Below, one piece after another: positions 1 through 9,542 of a DNA stretch of 54,883 nucleotides (the stretch's first letter is position 1; each line of letters begins with the position of its first letter). The translations under genes and the position numbers were made by a program. The notes below the pieces were generated by a model. The model was given only the letters and a program-made list of their open reading frames with translations. It made no database searches and was not told the DNA's origin. Source of the DNA: Candidatus Kaiserbacteria bacterium (GTDB lineage: Bacteria > Patescibacteriota > Minisyncoccia > Phycocordibacterales > Phycocordibacteraceae); NCBI GenBank assembly GCA_963813065.1, contig CAWEXP010000007.1, positions 1 to 54,883 of the forward strand, given 5' to 3'.

Positions 1-561
1 GCATCCGCTGATGGAGAAGTAGGACTCGACGCCGTGCCCTTCAACGATCCGCGGATGGAGGAGTGGCGCGATGCGCTGAGGCGGGGTATTGGGTACCTCC
101 ACACACCGACCAATCTATTTCTGCGCGGTGGCATCGACGACATCTGGGTCACGCCCGCAGGCGAACTCATCGTGGTTGATTACAAGGCGACGAGCAAGAA
201 AACAGGTCCATCGAGCGAAGATGATTTGTATGATTCCTACAAGCGGCAGATGGAAATCTACCAATGGCTCTTCCGTCGCAATGGTTTCGCGGTGCATCCG
301 GCGGGCTACTTTGTCTATGCGAACGGGAAGAGCGACAAAGAAGCGTTCGATGCGAAACTCGAATTCGATATTGAACTGATTCCGTACACCGGGAGCGATG
401 CCTGGGTCGAGCCGAAACTCTTTGAATTGAAAGACATGTTGATAAGTGATGCTATCCCTGCGGTCGGCACCTCCTTTGGTGGTGGCCCGTGCGACTACTG
501 CACCTATCGCGAGAACGCGGGCAAAAAATTGCAAGAATTGCACAAAGCAAATAAAAAATAA
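1..561 (+). CDS. PD-(D/E)XK nuclease family protein (Cas4/AddB-like C-terminal Cys pair), 5'-truncated by window
   Basis: GGIDDIW...VVDYKAT catalytic motif, YxRQMxxY motif, C-terminal CDYC. The reading frame continues upstream (HPLMEK) across an apparent 1-nt deletion near position 20. Confidence 0.75.
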   Translation, partial: ASADGEVGLDAVPFNDPRMEEWRDALRRGIGYLHTPTNLFLRGGIDDIWVTPAGELIVVDYKATSKKTGPSSEDDLYDSYKRQMEIYQWLFRRNGFAVHPAGYFVYANGKSDKEAFDAKLEFDIELIPYTGSDAWVEPKLFELKDMLISDAIPAVGTSFGGGPCDYCTYRENAGKKLQELHKANKK

Positions 562-564
562 CGT

Positions 565-1233
565 ATGGAGGTCAAGATAGACCCGAGCTGGAAGAAGCAT
601 TTAGAGAGCGAGTTTGAACAGCCGTACTTCGCGGAGCTCGTCGCATTCGTGAAGAAAGAATACAAAGATGAGGTGGTGTATCCGGCGCCAAAATATATGT
701 TTCGCGCGTTCGACCTCACGCCCTTTAAGAAAGTGAAAGTCATCATCTTGGGCCAAGATCCGTATCACGGAAAAGGGCAGGCGAACGGTCTCTGTTTCGC
801 GGTCAACGAGGGCGTCACACTTCCGCCTTCGCTCCAAAATATTTACAAAGAAATCGAGAGTGATTTGGGACAAGCACTCGTGCATCGTTCCGGCGATTTG
901 AGCCGTTGGGCCGAGCAGGGCGTCCTCTTGCTCAACGCGACGCTTACTGTCCACGCGCATCTTGCCGGGAGTCACCAAGGCAAAGGGTGGGAACAGTTCA
1001 CCGATGCCGCTATTCGCGCGCTCTCTGAGGAGCGGGAACACCTCGTCTTCATTCTCTGGGGCAATTATGCCAAGCAAAAGGGCGCGCACATCGACCGTTC
1101 GAAACATTTCGTCCTCGAATCCCCGCATCCTTCGCCTTTTTCCGCGTCAAACGGCTTCTTCGGCTCGAAACCATTTAGCAAAGCGAACGCGTACCTTGTC
1201 GAACATGGTATCGAACCTGTAGACTGGCTCTAA
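565..1233 (+). CDS. ung: uracil-DNA glycosylase (family 1)
   Basis: GQDPYH, PPSLQNIYKE, GVLLLN and HPSP motifs. Confidence 0.97.
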   Translation: MEVKIDPSWKKHLESEFEQPYFAELVAFVKKEYKDEVVYPAPKYMFRAFDLTPFKKVKVIILGQDPYHGKGQANGLCFAVNEGVTLPPSLQNIYKEIESDLGQALVHRSGDLSRWAEQGVLLLNATLTVHAHLAGSHQGKGWEQFTDAAIRALSEEREHLVFILWGNYAKQKGAHIDRSKHFVLESPHPSPFSASNGFFGSKPFSKANAYLVEHGIEPVDWL

Positions 1234-2981
1234 TGAAAACTTCCTGGGACCTCTCCGTTTTTTATACAAGTTTGACCGACCCGAAGATTGAAAAGGATCA
1301 GAAGACTGCCGATAGGGTCGTGGCTACTTTTGCGAAAAAATATAGAAAAGACAAAAAACACCTGAAGGATGCGAAAGCACTCGCGAAGGCACTTGAGGAT
1401 TTCGAGAAGCTTATTGAGTTGCCCGATAGTCGTGCCGCCTTCTATGCGGGCTATCGCAAAGAGCTCGACGTCTCTGACAAAGCGGCCGAGGCTCTAGGCG
1501 CCAAGCTCGACGAGCGTGGCACCAAGCGCGGCAATCTCGTTCTCTTCTTCGCGCTCGAGCTCGGGAAAGTGCCGAAGGCGATGCAGAAAAAATTCCTCAC
1601 AGCCGAAATCTTGAAGCCCTATCGCTACTGGCTCAAACAGCTCTTCGAGAGTGCAAAGTACAATCTCTCTGAACCAGAAGAGAAAATATTGTCGCTGAAG
1701 AGTGACGTCTCACACGGCCGCTGGATCCAAGCGACCGAAAATATCTTGCACAAGAAGACGGTTGCACACGAGGGGAAGGAATTGCCTCTGCCCGAAGCGG
1801 AATCGCTCTATGCGAATCTGCCGACCGAGCAACGCCGCGAACTCTATCGCAGTGTGCGCCAGGTCTACGCTGACACGGCTGACATTGGCGAGAGCGAGTT
1901 GAACGCCGTCTACACTGATAAAAAAATAAACGACGAGCTCCGCGGGCTCAAGCATCCGTATGATGCGACCATTCGCGGATATCAGAACGACCCGAAGAGT
2001 ATCCTCGCGTTGGTCGATGCCGTCACGAAGGCGGCGCCCATCGCGCACCGTTTCTATGCCGTAAAAAAGAAACTGCTGAAACTCGACCGCCTGACCTATG
2101 CCGATCGCTCGGCCAAGGTCGGCGAGGTGAAGACGAAAGTGCCCTTCGAGCGCGCGGTCGCTATTGTGCGCGAGGTGTTCACCGACCTCGATCCGCAGTA
2201 TGTAGAAATCTTCGACCGGCTTCTCGACAGCGGCCAAGTCGATGTCTACCCGAAGAAAGGGAAGACCGGTGGCGCCTACTGCTCATCGTCGGTTGGTGTC
2301 CCAACCTTCGTGCTCCTGAATCATCTCAGCGATTTCCATTCGTTGAAGACGCTCGCGCACGAGATGGGTCACGCCATCCACGCCGAGCGGGCCAAGAGTC
2401 AGCGGCCGCTCTACCAGGGCCACCCGATCTCGACCGCCGAGACCGCGAGCACCTTCTTCGAGACGGCAGCGCTCAAGCGACTGATTGCCGAGTTGCCCGC
2501 AGAAGAGCGCGTCGTCGCGCTCCACGACGCTATCCAAGACAACATCGCGACGGTCTTCCGCCAGATTGCATTCTTCCGCTTCGAGCTCGCTCTGCACCAG
2601 GCAGTCCGCGCGGATGGCTACGTGCCGAAGGAGAAAATCGCGGAACTGATGAACAAAGAAATGCAACAATACCTCGGGCCAGCGTTCAAGCTCGAGCCGG
2701 AGGACGGTAACTTCTTCGTCACCATCGGCCACATTCGCCGATTCTTCTACGTTTACTCCTATGCCTATGGCCAGCTCATCAGCTCAGCTCTGCATCGCAA
2801 GCTCGATGCTGATGCGGGGTTCATCAAGAAGGTCGACGGCTTCCTCGCGGCAGGGGAGAGCAAGTCGCCCTACGACATCTTCAAGTCTTGCGGCCTCGAC
2901 ACGCAGAATCCCGCCATCTTCCGCGAAGGTCTCAAAGCAATCGAAGCCAATGTGGCGGAGCTGGAGCGGTTGACAAAGTAA
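1233..2981 (+). CDS. pepF: M3 family oligoendopeptidase F
   Basis: N-terminal WDLS, GKTGGAYC, HEMGH zinc motif, AETAS, FYVYSYAYG. Confidence 0.88.
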   Translation: MKTSWDLSVFYTSLTDPKIEKDQKTADRVVATFAKKYRKDKKHLKDAKALAKALEDFEKLIELPDSRAAFYAGYRKELDVSDKAAEALGAKLDERGTKRGNLVLFFALELGKVPKAMQKKFLTAEILKPYRYWLKQLFESAKYNLSEPEEKILSLKSDVSHGRWIQATENILHKKTVAHEGKELPLPEAESLYANLPTEQRRELYRSVRQVYADTADIGESELNAVYTDKKINDELRGLKHPYDATIRGYQNDPKSILALVDAVTKAAPIAHRFYAVKKKLLKLDRLTYADRSAKVGEVKTKVPFERAVAIVREVFTDLDPQYVEIFDRLLDSGQVDVYPKKGKTGGAYCSSSVGVPTFVLLNHLSDFHSLKTLAHEMGHAIHAERAKSQRPLYQGHPISTAETASTFFETAALKRLIAELPAEERVVALHDAIQDNIATVFRQIAFFRFELALHQAVRADGYVPKEKIAELMNKEMQQYLGPAFKLEPEDGNFFVTIGHIRRFFYVYSYAYGQLISSALHRKLDADAGFIKKVDGFLAAGESKSPYDIFKSCGLDTQNPAIFREGLKAIEANVAELERLTK

Positions 2982-2997
2982 GTAATTGGTGTAACCT
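2970..2997 (+). promoter_or_regulatory. sigma70-like promoter
   Basis: TTGACA-16 nt-TAACCT overlapping the pepF stop. Confidence 0.5.
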
Positions 2998-3070
2998 TCA
3001 CTCAGGTTAGAGGAGCGGCCGTTAACGGCTTGATTGGCAATCTCGCCAATCTGCTGGGCCGATTCGCAGT

Positions 3071-3241
3071 ATGAAAAAGTTGTTCTCCTTGTTGTTTTAT
3101 CCTGTTTCTATGGCAAAAGGATACTTCAGCGCTCTTGCTTTCGATGCCGCTGGTCATAATTGGCTGGTAGCCGTACCTATCGTCCTTGCATTTGTTAGTG
3201 GAGTTCTGTCTCTCGCACCTTTTGTCTCTCGCGAGAACTAG
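3071..3241 (+). CDS. small hydrophobic hypothetical protein (56 aa), not in ORF track
   Basis: Hand translation MKKLFSLLFYPVSMAKGYFSALAFDAAGHNWLVAVPIVLAFVSGVLSLAPFVSREN, lying between a promoter and a terminator. Confidence 0.5.
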   Translation: MKKLFSLLFYPVSMAKGYFSALAFDAAGHNWLVAVPIVLAFVSGVLSLAPFVSREN

Positions 3242-3262
3242 AGGAGTGGGTAACAGATTTTC

Positions 3263-3288
3263 GCGCGCTCGGGTGAGCGCGCTTTTTT
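3263..3288 (+). terminator. intrinsic terminator
   Basis: GCGCGCTC-gggt-GAGCGCGC followed by T6. Confidence 0.75.
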
Positions 3289-3318
3289 ATACCGAGAATG
3301 CGTGGTATGGTTTTGCGT

Positions 3319-5229
3319 ATGACCGTCGCAGAGGTGCGCAAGCGCTACTTAGATTTTTTCGCCAAGCGGGGACACAAAATTATCCCGTCGGCGCCAATCG
3401 TACCCGAGAACGATCCAACGACGCTCTTCACGAGTAGTGGGATGCAACCGTTGGTGCCGTACCTGCTCGGCGCGGAGCATCCCGAGGGTGTGCGGCTCAC
3501 CGATTCTCAACTCTCATTTCGCGCTGAAGATATAGAAGAAGTCGGCGACAATCGCCACACGACCTTCTTCGAAATGTTGGGGAATTGGAGTTTAGGAGAT
3601 TATTTTAAAAAAGAGCAATTGCCTTGGTTCTACGAATTTCTTACTAGCCCGACCGAAGGTTTAGGGCTGAGCGCAGAAAAACTGTTCGTCTCCACTTTCT
3701 CTGGCGACGAAGAGAGCGGGATGTCTGCCGACACTGAATCTAAAGAAATCTGGGAACGCATCGGGATTCCTAAAGAGCGCATCTACTCGTATGGCGCGAA
3801 GAAAAATTGGTGGAGCCGCGCGGGCGTACCGAGCAACATGCCTGCGGGCGAGATTGGCGGGCCGGACTCGGAGGTTTTTTACGATTTTGGTCTCCCGCAT
3901 GACCCCGCGTTTGGCCCCGAGTGCCACCCCAACTGCGATTGCGGCCGCTTCGTCGAGATTGGCAACTCCGTTTTTATGCAGTTCATCAAGCAGGCCGACG
4001 GCACCTTCAAAGAATTGCCGAAGCGCAATGTCGACTTCGGCGGCGGGCTCGAACGCCTCACTGCGGCAACGCGCGGCAACCCCGACATTTTTCTCGTCGA
4101 CGTTTTCGATTCTGCGCGTGCGGTCATTGAACAGCGCTCGGGCATCCAATATGGGGACACGCCGTGTCCGACTTCAGAAGTCGGACACGGCGTGTCCAAC
4201 CTTCGGTCGTTCAGGATAATTCTCGACCATATGCGCGCCGCGAGCTTCATGCTCGCCTCGGGCATCACGCCGGCGAACTCCGAGCAAGGCTACGTGCTCC
4301 GCCGCCTCATCCGTCGTTCCATCCGCGAAGCGGACAAGCTCGGGATTAAAGACGCAGTGCTCGCCGACGTGGCGGAAGGGTACGGCGCTGCATATGCCAC
4401 TGCCTATCCATTTGTTTCCGCGAATCACGACTTCATCCGCGACGAACTCGCGAAAGAGGAGGCGCAGTTCCGAAAAATTCTGAACTCGGGACTTTTTGCG
4501 CTAGAAAACGAAATTAAGAAAATTATCGACATTAAAACTGAGTGGGTTGGGGGCCTAGAAGAGGACGCTCAGGGTAACAACATTGCAACTAGGATGTTGC
4601 CTCGCGATGTTGTGTTCGATTTATATCAGACAAAGGGGATTCCATTTGAGTTAATCAAAGAAATCGCAACCGAGAATAAAGTATTTATCGATGAAAGAGA
4701 TTTTGAGGAACGTAAGTCGCAACATCAAGCCGAGTCCCGTGCCGGCGCAGCGCAAAAGTTCGCGGGAGGATTGGCAGATCATGCGGAGAAGACGATTCAG
4801 TACCACACCGCGCACCACCTATTGCTCAAAGCGTTGCAAATAGTTCTTGGCAAGGATGTCCACCAGCGCGGGAGCAATATCACCAGCGAGCGTCTGCGCA
4901 TCGATTTCTCGTTCTCGCACAAAATGACGCCGGAAGAAATTAAAAAAGTGGAAGACATTGTGAACGAGAAAATTGCCGAGGGAATTCCGGTCGTGCGCAC
5001 CGTGATGAAAAAAGAAGATGCGGAGAAACTCGGTGCCGAGCACGAGTTCGGTGCCTCCTATCCCGAAATGGTCTCGGTGTATTCGGTCGGCCCGCTCGAC
5101 AATGCATTCTCGATAGAATTCTGTGGTGGCCCGCACGTGGCGAACACGAGCGAGCTCGGCCATTTCAAGATTGTGAAGGAAGAAGCGTCATCGGCTGGCG
5201 TTCGACGAATCAAAGCAGTGTTAGAATAA
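3319..5229 (+). CDS. alaS: alanine--tRNA ligase (short form without C-Ala domain)
   Basis: DPTTLFTSSGMQP, HTTFFEMLGNWS, HTAHHLL and EFCGGPHV editing motifs. Start moved to ATG 3319, which follows TGGTATGGT by 7 nt. Confidence 0.96.
   Translation: MTVAEVRKRYLDFFAKRGHKIIPSAPIVPENDPTTLFTSSGMQPLVPYLLGAEHPEGVRLTDSQLSFRAEDIEEVGDNRHTTFFEMLGNWSLGDYFKKEQLPWFYEFLTSPTEGLGLSAEKLFVSTFSGDEESGMSADTESKEIWERIGIPKERIYSYGAKKNWWSRAGVPSNMPAGEIGGPDSEVFYDFGLPHDPAFGPECHPNCDCGRFVEIGNSVFMQFIKQADGTFKELPKRNVDFGGGLERLTAATRGNPDIFLVDVFDSARAVIEQRSGIQYGDTPCPTSEVGHGVSNLRSFRIILDHMRAASFMLASGITPANSEQGYVLRRLIRRSIREADKLGIKDAVLADVAEGYGAAYATAYPFVSANHDFIRDELAKEEAQFRKILNSGLFALENEIKKIIDIKTEWVGGLEEDAQGNNIATRMLPRDVVFDLYQTKGIPFELIKEIATENKVFIDERDFEERKSQHQAESRAGAAQKFAGGLADHAEKTIQYHTAHHLLLKALQIVLGKDVHQRGSNITSERLRIDFSFSHKMTPEEIKKVEDIVNEKIAEGIPVVRTVMKKEDAEKLGAEHEFGASYPEMVSVYSVGPLDNAFSIEFCGGPHVANTSELGHFKIVKEEASSAGVRRIKAVLE
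4155..4197. repeat. 43-bp perfect palindrome (family A) in-frame in alaS
   Basis: GGACACGCCGTGTCCGACTTC-A-GAAGTCGGACACGGCGTGTCC; translates as DTPCPTSEVGHGVS. Confidence 0.95.
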
Positions 5230-5233
5230 AAGG

Positions 5234-6223
5234 ATGAGTCTGTTCGGCACCGATCCACAACCTCGCACCCAATCAGCCGTACTGATCCTGATTACTGGTG
5301 ACACCGTTACCGGTGCCTGCGTTTCGTATCGAGAAGGGGAATTGCCCGCTTTGCTGTATGTGAAGGATGTGCCGCTCCAATCGCGTGCCGACGAGGCGTG
5401 GGAACGTGCGCTCGAACGCGGCCTCGACGAGCTCACCCACGCGCTCATCACGCTCGGCGCGCCACTCCTCCTGCGCGCGACCGGCACTGGTTCGGCGGGC
5501 ATGATTATTGTCTCGATTGACGCACCCGGCGAATCGGCTGCTCTGCGCGTCGAGAAGATAGAAGAGCAACATCCCTTCACTTTCACCCAGCAATTACTCG
5601 CGAAGCACTTGGCCAAGAATCAGGCGCCGCCCGGCATGGTGCTCGCCGACGAGAGCCTCATTGGCGCGATACTCAATGGCTACGAAGTGCCCGCTCCTTT
5701 CGGCAGGCGGGTGACCGAGGCCACGGCGCTCGTGCTGGAATCGCGGATTGCGCGCGAAAGCGCCGAGGTGGTTGCAGAGGTGATTCGTCGCGCGTATCAC
5801 ACTAAAAATATTTTCATCATTGCGGGTACCTCGGCACGGTACCAAGCTCTGCGTGCGGCCTTCGCGGTCGAGCGCGATTGTCTCATCGTCGATTCGCTGG
5901 GCCCTGACACGACGCTCGCACTCGTGCGTCACGGTATGCTCGCCGGTCTCCACCGCTCGGCGGTGCTCCCGGGGATCGCCGCACTCGCGCGCCAGTATCC
6001 CTTGCCGCATCTTGTCTTCAATCTCGCAGGCGAGTCAGGTCCCGCACTTCCGGGTGCCGAAGAGCTCGCAACATTCTGGCCGCCCGAGCACGCACCCAAG
6101 ATTGTCGCGCTGGCGGCGCATCATCTCGGCGCGTTTATTCGCACCGCGAGCGAGGAACGACCAAATCTTGCACTCGCTCTGCTGACGCTCTACGGGCAGA
6201 CGCGTAGCTCGGCGACGAATTAG
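5234..6223 (+). CDS. hypothetical protein, possibly a degenerate FtsA/actin-like fold
   Basis: 329-aa ORF coupled to alaS. The LNGY segment and CLIVDxxxxxTxLAL pattern resemble CPR FtsA-like proteins (weak). Confidence 0.55.
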   Translation: MSLFGTDPQPRTQSAVLILITGDTVTGACVSYREGELPALLYVKDVPLQSRADEAWERALERGLDELTHALITLGAPLLLRATGTGSAGMIIVSIDAPGESAALRVEKIEEQHPFTFTQQLLAKHLAKNQAPPGMVLADESLIGAILNGYEVPAPFGRRVTEATALVLESRIARESAEVVAEVIRRAYHTKNIFIIAGTSARYQALRAAFAVERDCLIVDSLGPDTTLALVRHGMLAGLHRSAVLPGIAALARQYPLPHLVFNLAGESGPALPGAEELATFWPPEHAPKIVALAAHHLGAFIRTASEERPNLALALLTLYGQTRSSATN

Positions 6224-6280
6224 TTTTATCCACCGTTCTTTCCTGCGCACGATTCTTGTAATTCCTGTATACTGCAGGAC

Positions 6281-7482
6281 ATGCGTACTCTCGACGACAT
6301 CATCCCTCCCTCGCGCCGCGCCGCGAGCGAGGCCACTTCTGCTCCCGCTGGTTCGAAGTCATCCCGCCCCCGTTCTCGGTTTCCTTTTACAACCATTATC
6401 ATCGCAGGCATCATTATTGTTGCCGCAATCGGCGGACTCTTTTATTTCTCGGGAGCCAAGGTTGAGGTGACGCCCACCACCGTCTCGACCGCCGTGCAGA
6501 GCTCCTTCACCGCGACCCAGGGCTCGGGCGATTTACCCTTCGTCGTCGTCAGTGTGCAGAAGGTTGCAACCCAGAGCGTGACGGGGAGTGGCACCAAGCT
6601 CGTGAATACGAATGCTTCCGGAACCATCACCGTTTACAACACTCAGTCGAAGACACAGAAGCTCATCGCCAACACCCGCTTCGCAACGACTGCGGGACTC
6701 GTATTCCGCATCCACAGCGCCCTCTCGATTCCTGCCGGCACCGTGAGCAAGCCCGGGAGCGTTCAGGTGACGGTCTATGCCGATCAGCCGGGTGCTACCT
6801 ATAATGTCGGCTCGACCTCTTTCACTCTGCCTGGGTTCGCGGGTACCGCGCAAGCGAGCGAGGTGTATGCGCAATCAAGCGCACCGATGACTGGTGGCGC
6901 GTCAGGCCAAGTGCCTATCATTACTCCGGCGATTGATTCGGCAACGCAATCCGCACTCACCACGGCGCTTGCGCCCGAGCTCACCGCCGCACTCGAGACC
7001 CAGGTACCCGAGGGGTATGTAATCCTCACGGGCGCGGCGACCACGACCTATCAGGAGCTCACGCCCGAACTCTCCGCCACGACGGGCAAGGTCGATGTGA
7101 AGGAGCAGGGAACTATCTCGGCCGTCGCATTCCCGAACGCGGCGCTCGCCAAGGCAATTTCTGCGTCGGTCCCGGGTCTCGGCTACAACGGCGAGCCGGT
7201 CACCCTCTCCTCGACCGATGGCCTTGCGATTGCGCTCCCCGGCATTCCTGACGCCTCGAAACCGACCGTTTCCTTCACCCTCTCGGGCACGGCGGCGCTG
7301 GTCTACACGGTCGATCCGACCCGAATTGCCTCGGCCGTAGCGGGGAAGACGCGTTCGGCGGCCGAGGTCGCGCTCTCCAATTACCCGAGGTCAAGCGTGC
7401 GGTCCTCGTGCTTCGCCCCTTCTGGCGGGGGAGCTTCCCCGAGGACCCGGCCTCGATTACGGTCGTGGTCGACCAGCCATGA
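6281..7482 (+). CDS. membrane-anchored baseplate-J/gp47-like domain protein (frameshift near 7385)
   Basis: N-terminal TM helix, ASGTITVYN, TRF, VYADQPGATYN. Restoring 1 nt near 7385 gives the C-terminus ...VLRPFWRGSFPEDPASITVVVDQP ending at TGA 7482. Confidence 0.65.
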
Positions 7483-7537
7483 GAAAGCGCGATTTGACGT
7501 TTTTTGGCCTACCTGCTAGATTGATGACTGCATCTGC

Positions 7538-7771
7538 ATGAGAGAAAGCGAGGATACCAAAACGGCGGTAGGCGTCGTGGAAGAAGTGTTGCCGAACTCT
7601 TTATTTAGGGTTCGATTAACGGCTGAAGAGTCGGCTGACGCACCTCTCGTTCTCGCGTATCTCGCCGGCAAGATGCGACTCAATCGTATCCGCGTCTTGG
7701 TCGGCGACCAGGTGGATATGGTGATCGATCCCTACGGCGGCCGCGCGCGCATTGTGCGCCGACTGACCTAG
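7538..7771 (+). CDS. infA: translation initiation factor IF-1
   Basis: GVVEEVLPNSLFRV, LAYLAGKMR, IRVLVGD; position before rpmJ. Confidence 0.95.
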   Translation: MRESEDTKTAVGVVEEVLPNSLFRVRLTAEESADAPLVLAYLAGKMRLNRIRVLVGDQVDMVIDPYGGRARIVRRLT

Positions 7772-7802
7772 GTTTAACGGTTTCAACACTTACAGATAAA
7801 AA

Positions 7803-7919
7803 ATGAAAGTCCGCGCGTCTATCAAGAAACAGCAACCAGGAGATATCATCGTCCGTCGCGGCGGGCGCCTCTACCGTATCAATAAGAAGAATCCTCGTCG
7901 CAAAGCGCGCCAAGGCTAA
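7803..7919 (+). CDS. rpmJ: 50S ribosomal protein L36 (cysteine-free type), not in ORF track
   Basis: Hand translation [38 protein letters not shown]. Confidence 0.95.
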   Translation: MKVRASIKKQQPGDIIVRRGGRLYRINKKNPRRKARQG

Positions 7920-7948
7920 TATTTTTAAATAGTTAAATCCTTATCAAC

Positions 7949-8329
7949 ATGCGTATCTCCGGCGTCACCATCCCCGATAACAAACAGCTCGCATATTCTC
8001 TGCCGCTCATCTTCGGCATCGGTCCGACGCGTGCCCGCGAGATTTTGAAGCAGGTGGGCGTGCCGGCGACGAAGAAGGGCAGTGAGCTCACCAGCGATGA
8101 GGAGCAGAAGATTCGCACGCTCGCTGAAGGGTTCACCATCGAGGGCGAGCTCCGCCGCGAGATCGGTCAGAACATGAAGCGTTTGAAGGATATTCGTTCG
8201 ACGCGCGGGATGCGCCACGAGCGCGGCCTGCCGGTGCGTGGCCAGCGGACCAAGACCAATTCGCGTACCCGCCGTGGCAATGTGCGCAAGACGATGATGT
8301 CGGGTCGCCGCACTTTGGAGAAAACCTAA
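7949..8329 (+). CDS. rpsM: 30S ribosomal protein S13
   Basis: MRISGV, IFGIG, GLPVRGQRTKTNSRTR. Confidence 0.97.
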   Translation: MRISGVTIPDNKQLAYSLPLIFGIGPTRAREILKQVGVPATKKGSELTSDEEQKIRTLAEGFTIEGELRREIGQNMKRLKDIRSTRGMRHERGLPVRGQRTKTNSRTRRGNVRKTMMSGRRTLEKT

Positions 8330-8334
8330 ACATG

Positions 8335-8419
8335 AAGTACCAAATTACAAGCATCAAGTGCCAAATGAATTCAAAGCTCGTTTCCGGGTTTGGTTCTTGG
8401 TGCTTGAGTATTGAGATTT
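8335..8419. repeat. inverted repeat with 7-nt periodic arms between rpsM and rpsK
   Basis: AAGTACC AAATTAC AAGCATC AAGTGCC ... TTTGGTT CTTGGTG CTTGAGT; 8348-8365 pairs with 8389-8406. Confidence 0.7.
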
Positions 8420-8429
8420 CTAAATAATT

Positions 8430-8864
8430 ATGGGAAAGAAACGAATCATCAAGAAGAGCGGGCGCGGCATGGATGCAGGGCGCAAGGAGCGCGCCCTCTC
8501 CAAGGTCAGCAAGCGCCATCTCGAGAAGGGTGTCTTGCACATCGAGGCCACCTTCAACAATACGAAGGCGACCCTCACCGACGAGAAAGGCAACGCCGTC
8601 ATCTCGAGCTCGGCGGGCGCGCTCGGCTTCTCCGGTGCGCGCAAGTCGACGCCCTACGCCGCGGCCAAGGTTGGCGAGCTCATCGGCGAGAAGGGTGCAA
8701 TGATTGGGCTCAAGGAGGCGACGGTGATTATTCGCGGCGTCGGTGCCGGCCGCGAGAGTGCGCTCCGCGCGTTCGTCGGCAAGGGCATCACCGTGCGCTC
8801 GATTAAGGACGCGACGCCGATTCCGCACAACGGCCCGCGTCCGCCTAAGCCGCGTCGCGTGTAA
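8430..8864 (+). CDS. rpsK: 30S ribosomal protein S11
   Basis: HIEATFNNT, RKSTPYAA, DATPIPHNG. Confidence 0.97.
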   Translation: MGKKRIIKKSGRGMDAGRKERALSKVSKRHLEKGVLHIEATFNNTKATLTDEKGNAVISSSAGALGFSGARKSTPYAAAKVGELIGEKGAMIGLKEATVIIRGVGAGRESALRAFVGKGITVRSIKDATPIPHNGPRPPKPRRV

Positions 8865-8892
8865 TCACATTTAAATATTTAAACTTTTAAAC

Positions 8893-9511
8893 ATGATTAC
8901 CGGACCACGATACAAAATTGCTAAGAGACTCGGCGCGAGCGTTTTCGAGAAGACGCAGTCGCAGAAATTTGCGATCTCCGAAGGAGCGCACCGAAAAGAA
9001 CAAGAAGCGCGGCCAGGGCGCGGGCGCGGTGGCGAGTACGGCAAGCAGATTCTCGAGAAGCAGAAGGTGCGCATCACCTACGGCGTGACCGAGAGTCAGT
9101 TCGGCAACTATGTGAAGAAGGCACTCGAGAGCGAGAAAGGCAATCCGCTTGAGCGCCTGCACGAGTCGCTGGAGCTCCGCCTCGACAACGTCATCTCGCG
9201 CCTCGGTCTCACGTCGACTCGCCGTTCTGCGCGCCAGATGGTCGCGCATGGTCACGTGCTCGATCGACGGCAAGCGCGTTCGCGTCCCGTCGTACCAGGT
9301 GGCGCTCACCGACAAGATCTCGGTCCGCGAAGGCTCTAAGAAGCATGGCTCGTTCGTCGGCTTCGAGGAGCGTTTTGCGGAGCGCACGCTCCCGTCGTGG
9401 CTCTCCTGGGACGCCAAGAAGATGGAGGGTAAGGTCGTGAACCTGCCCACCGTTACCTCGGCGGATCCGGCGGGTGACCTCGCGATGGTGCTCTCGTTCT
9501 ACACTCGTTAA
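8893..9511 (+). CDS. rpsD: 30S ribosomal protein S4 (frameshift near 9262)
   Basis: EYGKQILEKQK, LELRLDNV, ARQMVAHGHV; continues as IDGKRVRVPSYQV in the next frame. Confidence 0.93.
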
Positions 9512-9542
9512 TAATTTATAAACCAGGTAATACGATTGAGTT

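Noticed and set aside
1-561. Cas4 marking a CRISPR-Cas locus
   Set aside because: No other cas genes and no repeat-spacer array were seen; stand-alone PD-(D/E)XK nucleases are common.
6281-7482. Prophage or contractile tail locus
   Set aside because: No other structural, terminase or integrase genes are nearby, and the gene is embedded among housekeeping genes.
9240-9290. Programmed frameshift or pseudogene in rpsD (likewise ftsW)
   Set aside because: No slippery heptamer or stimulatory structure is evident, the genes are essential, and similar indels are scattered across the window, so read error is more likely.
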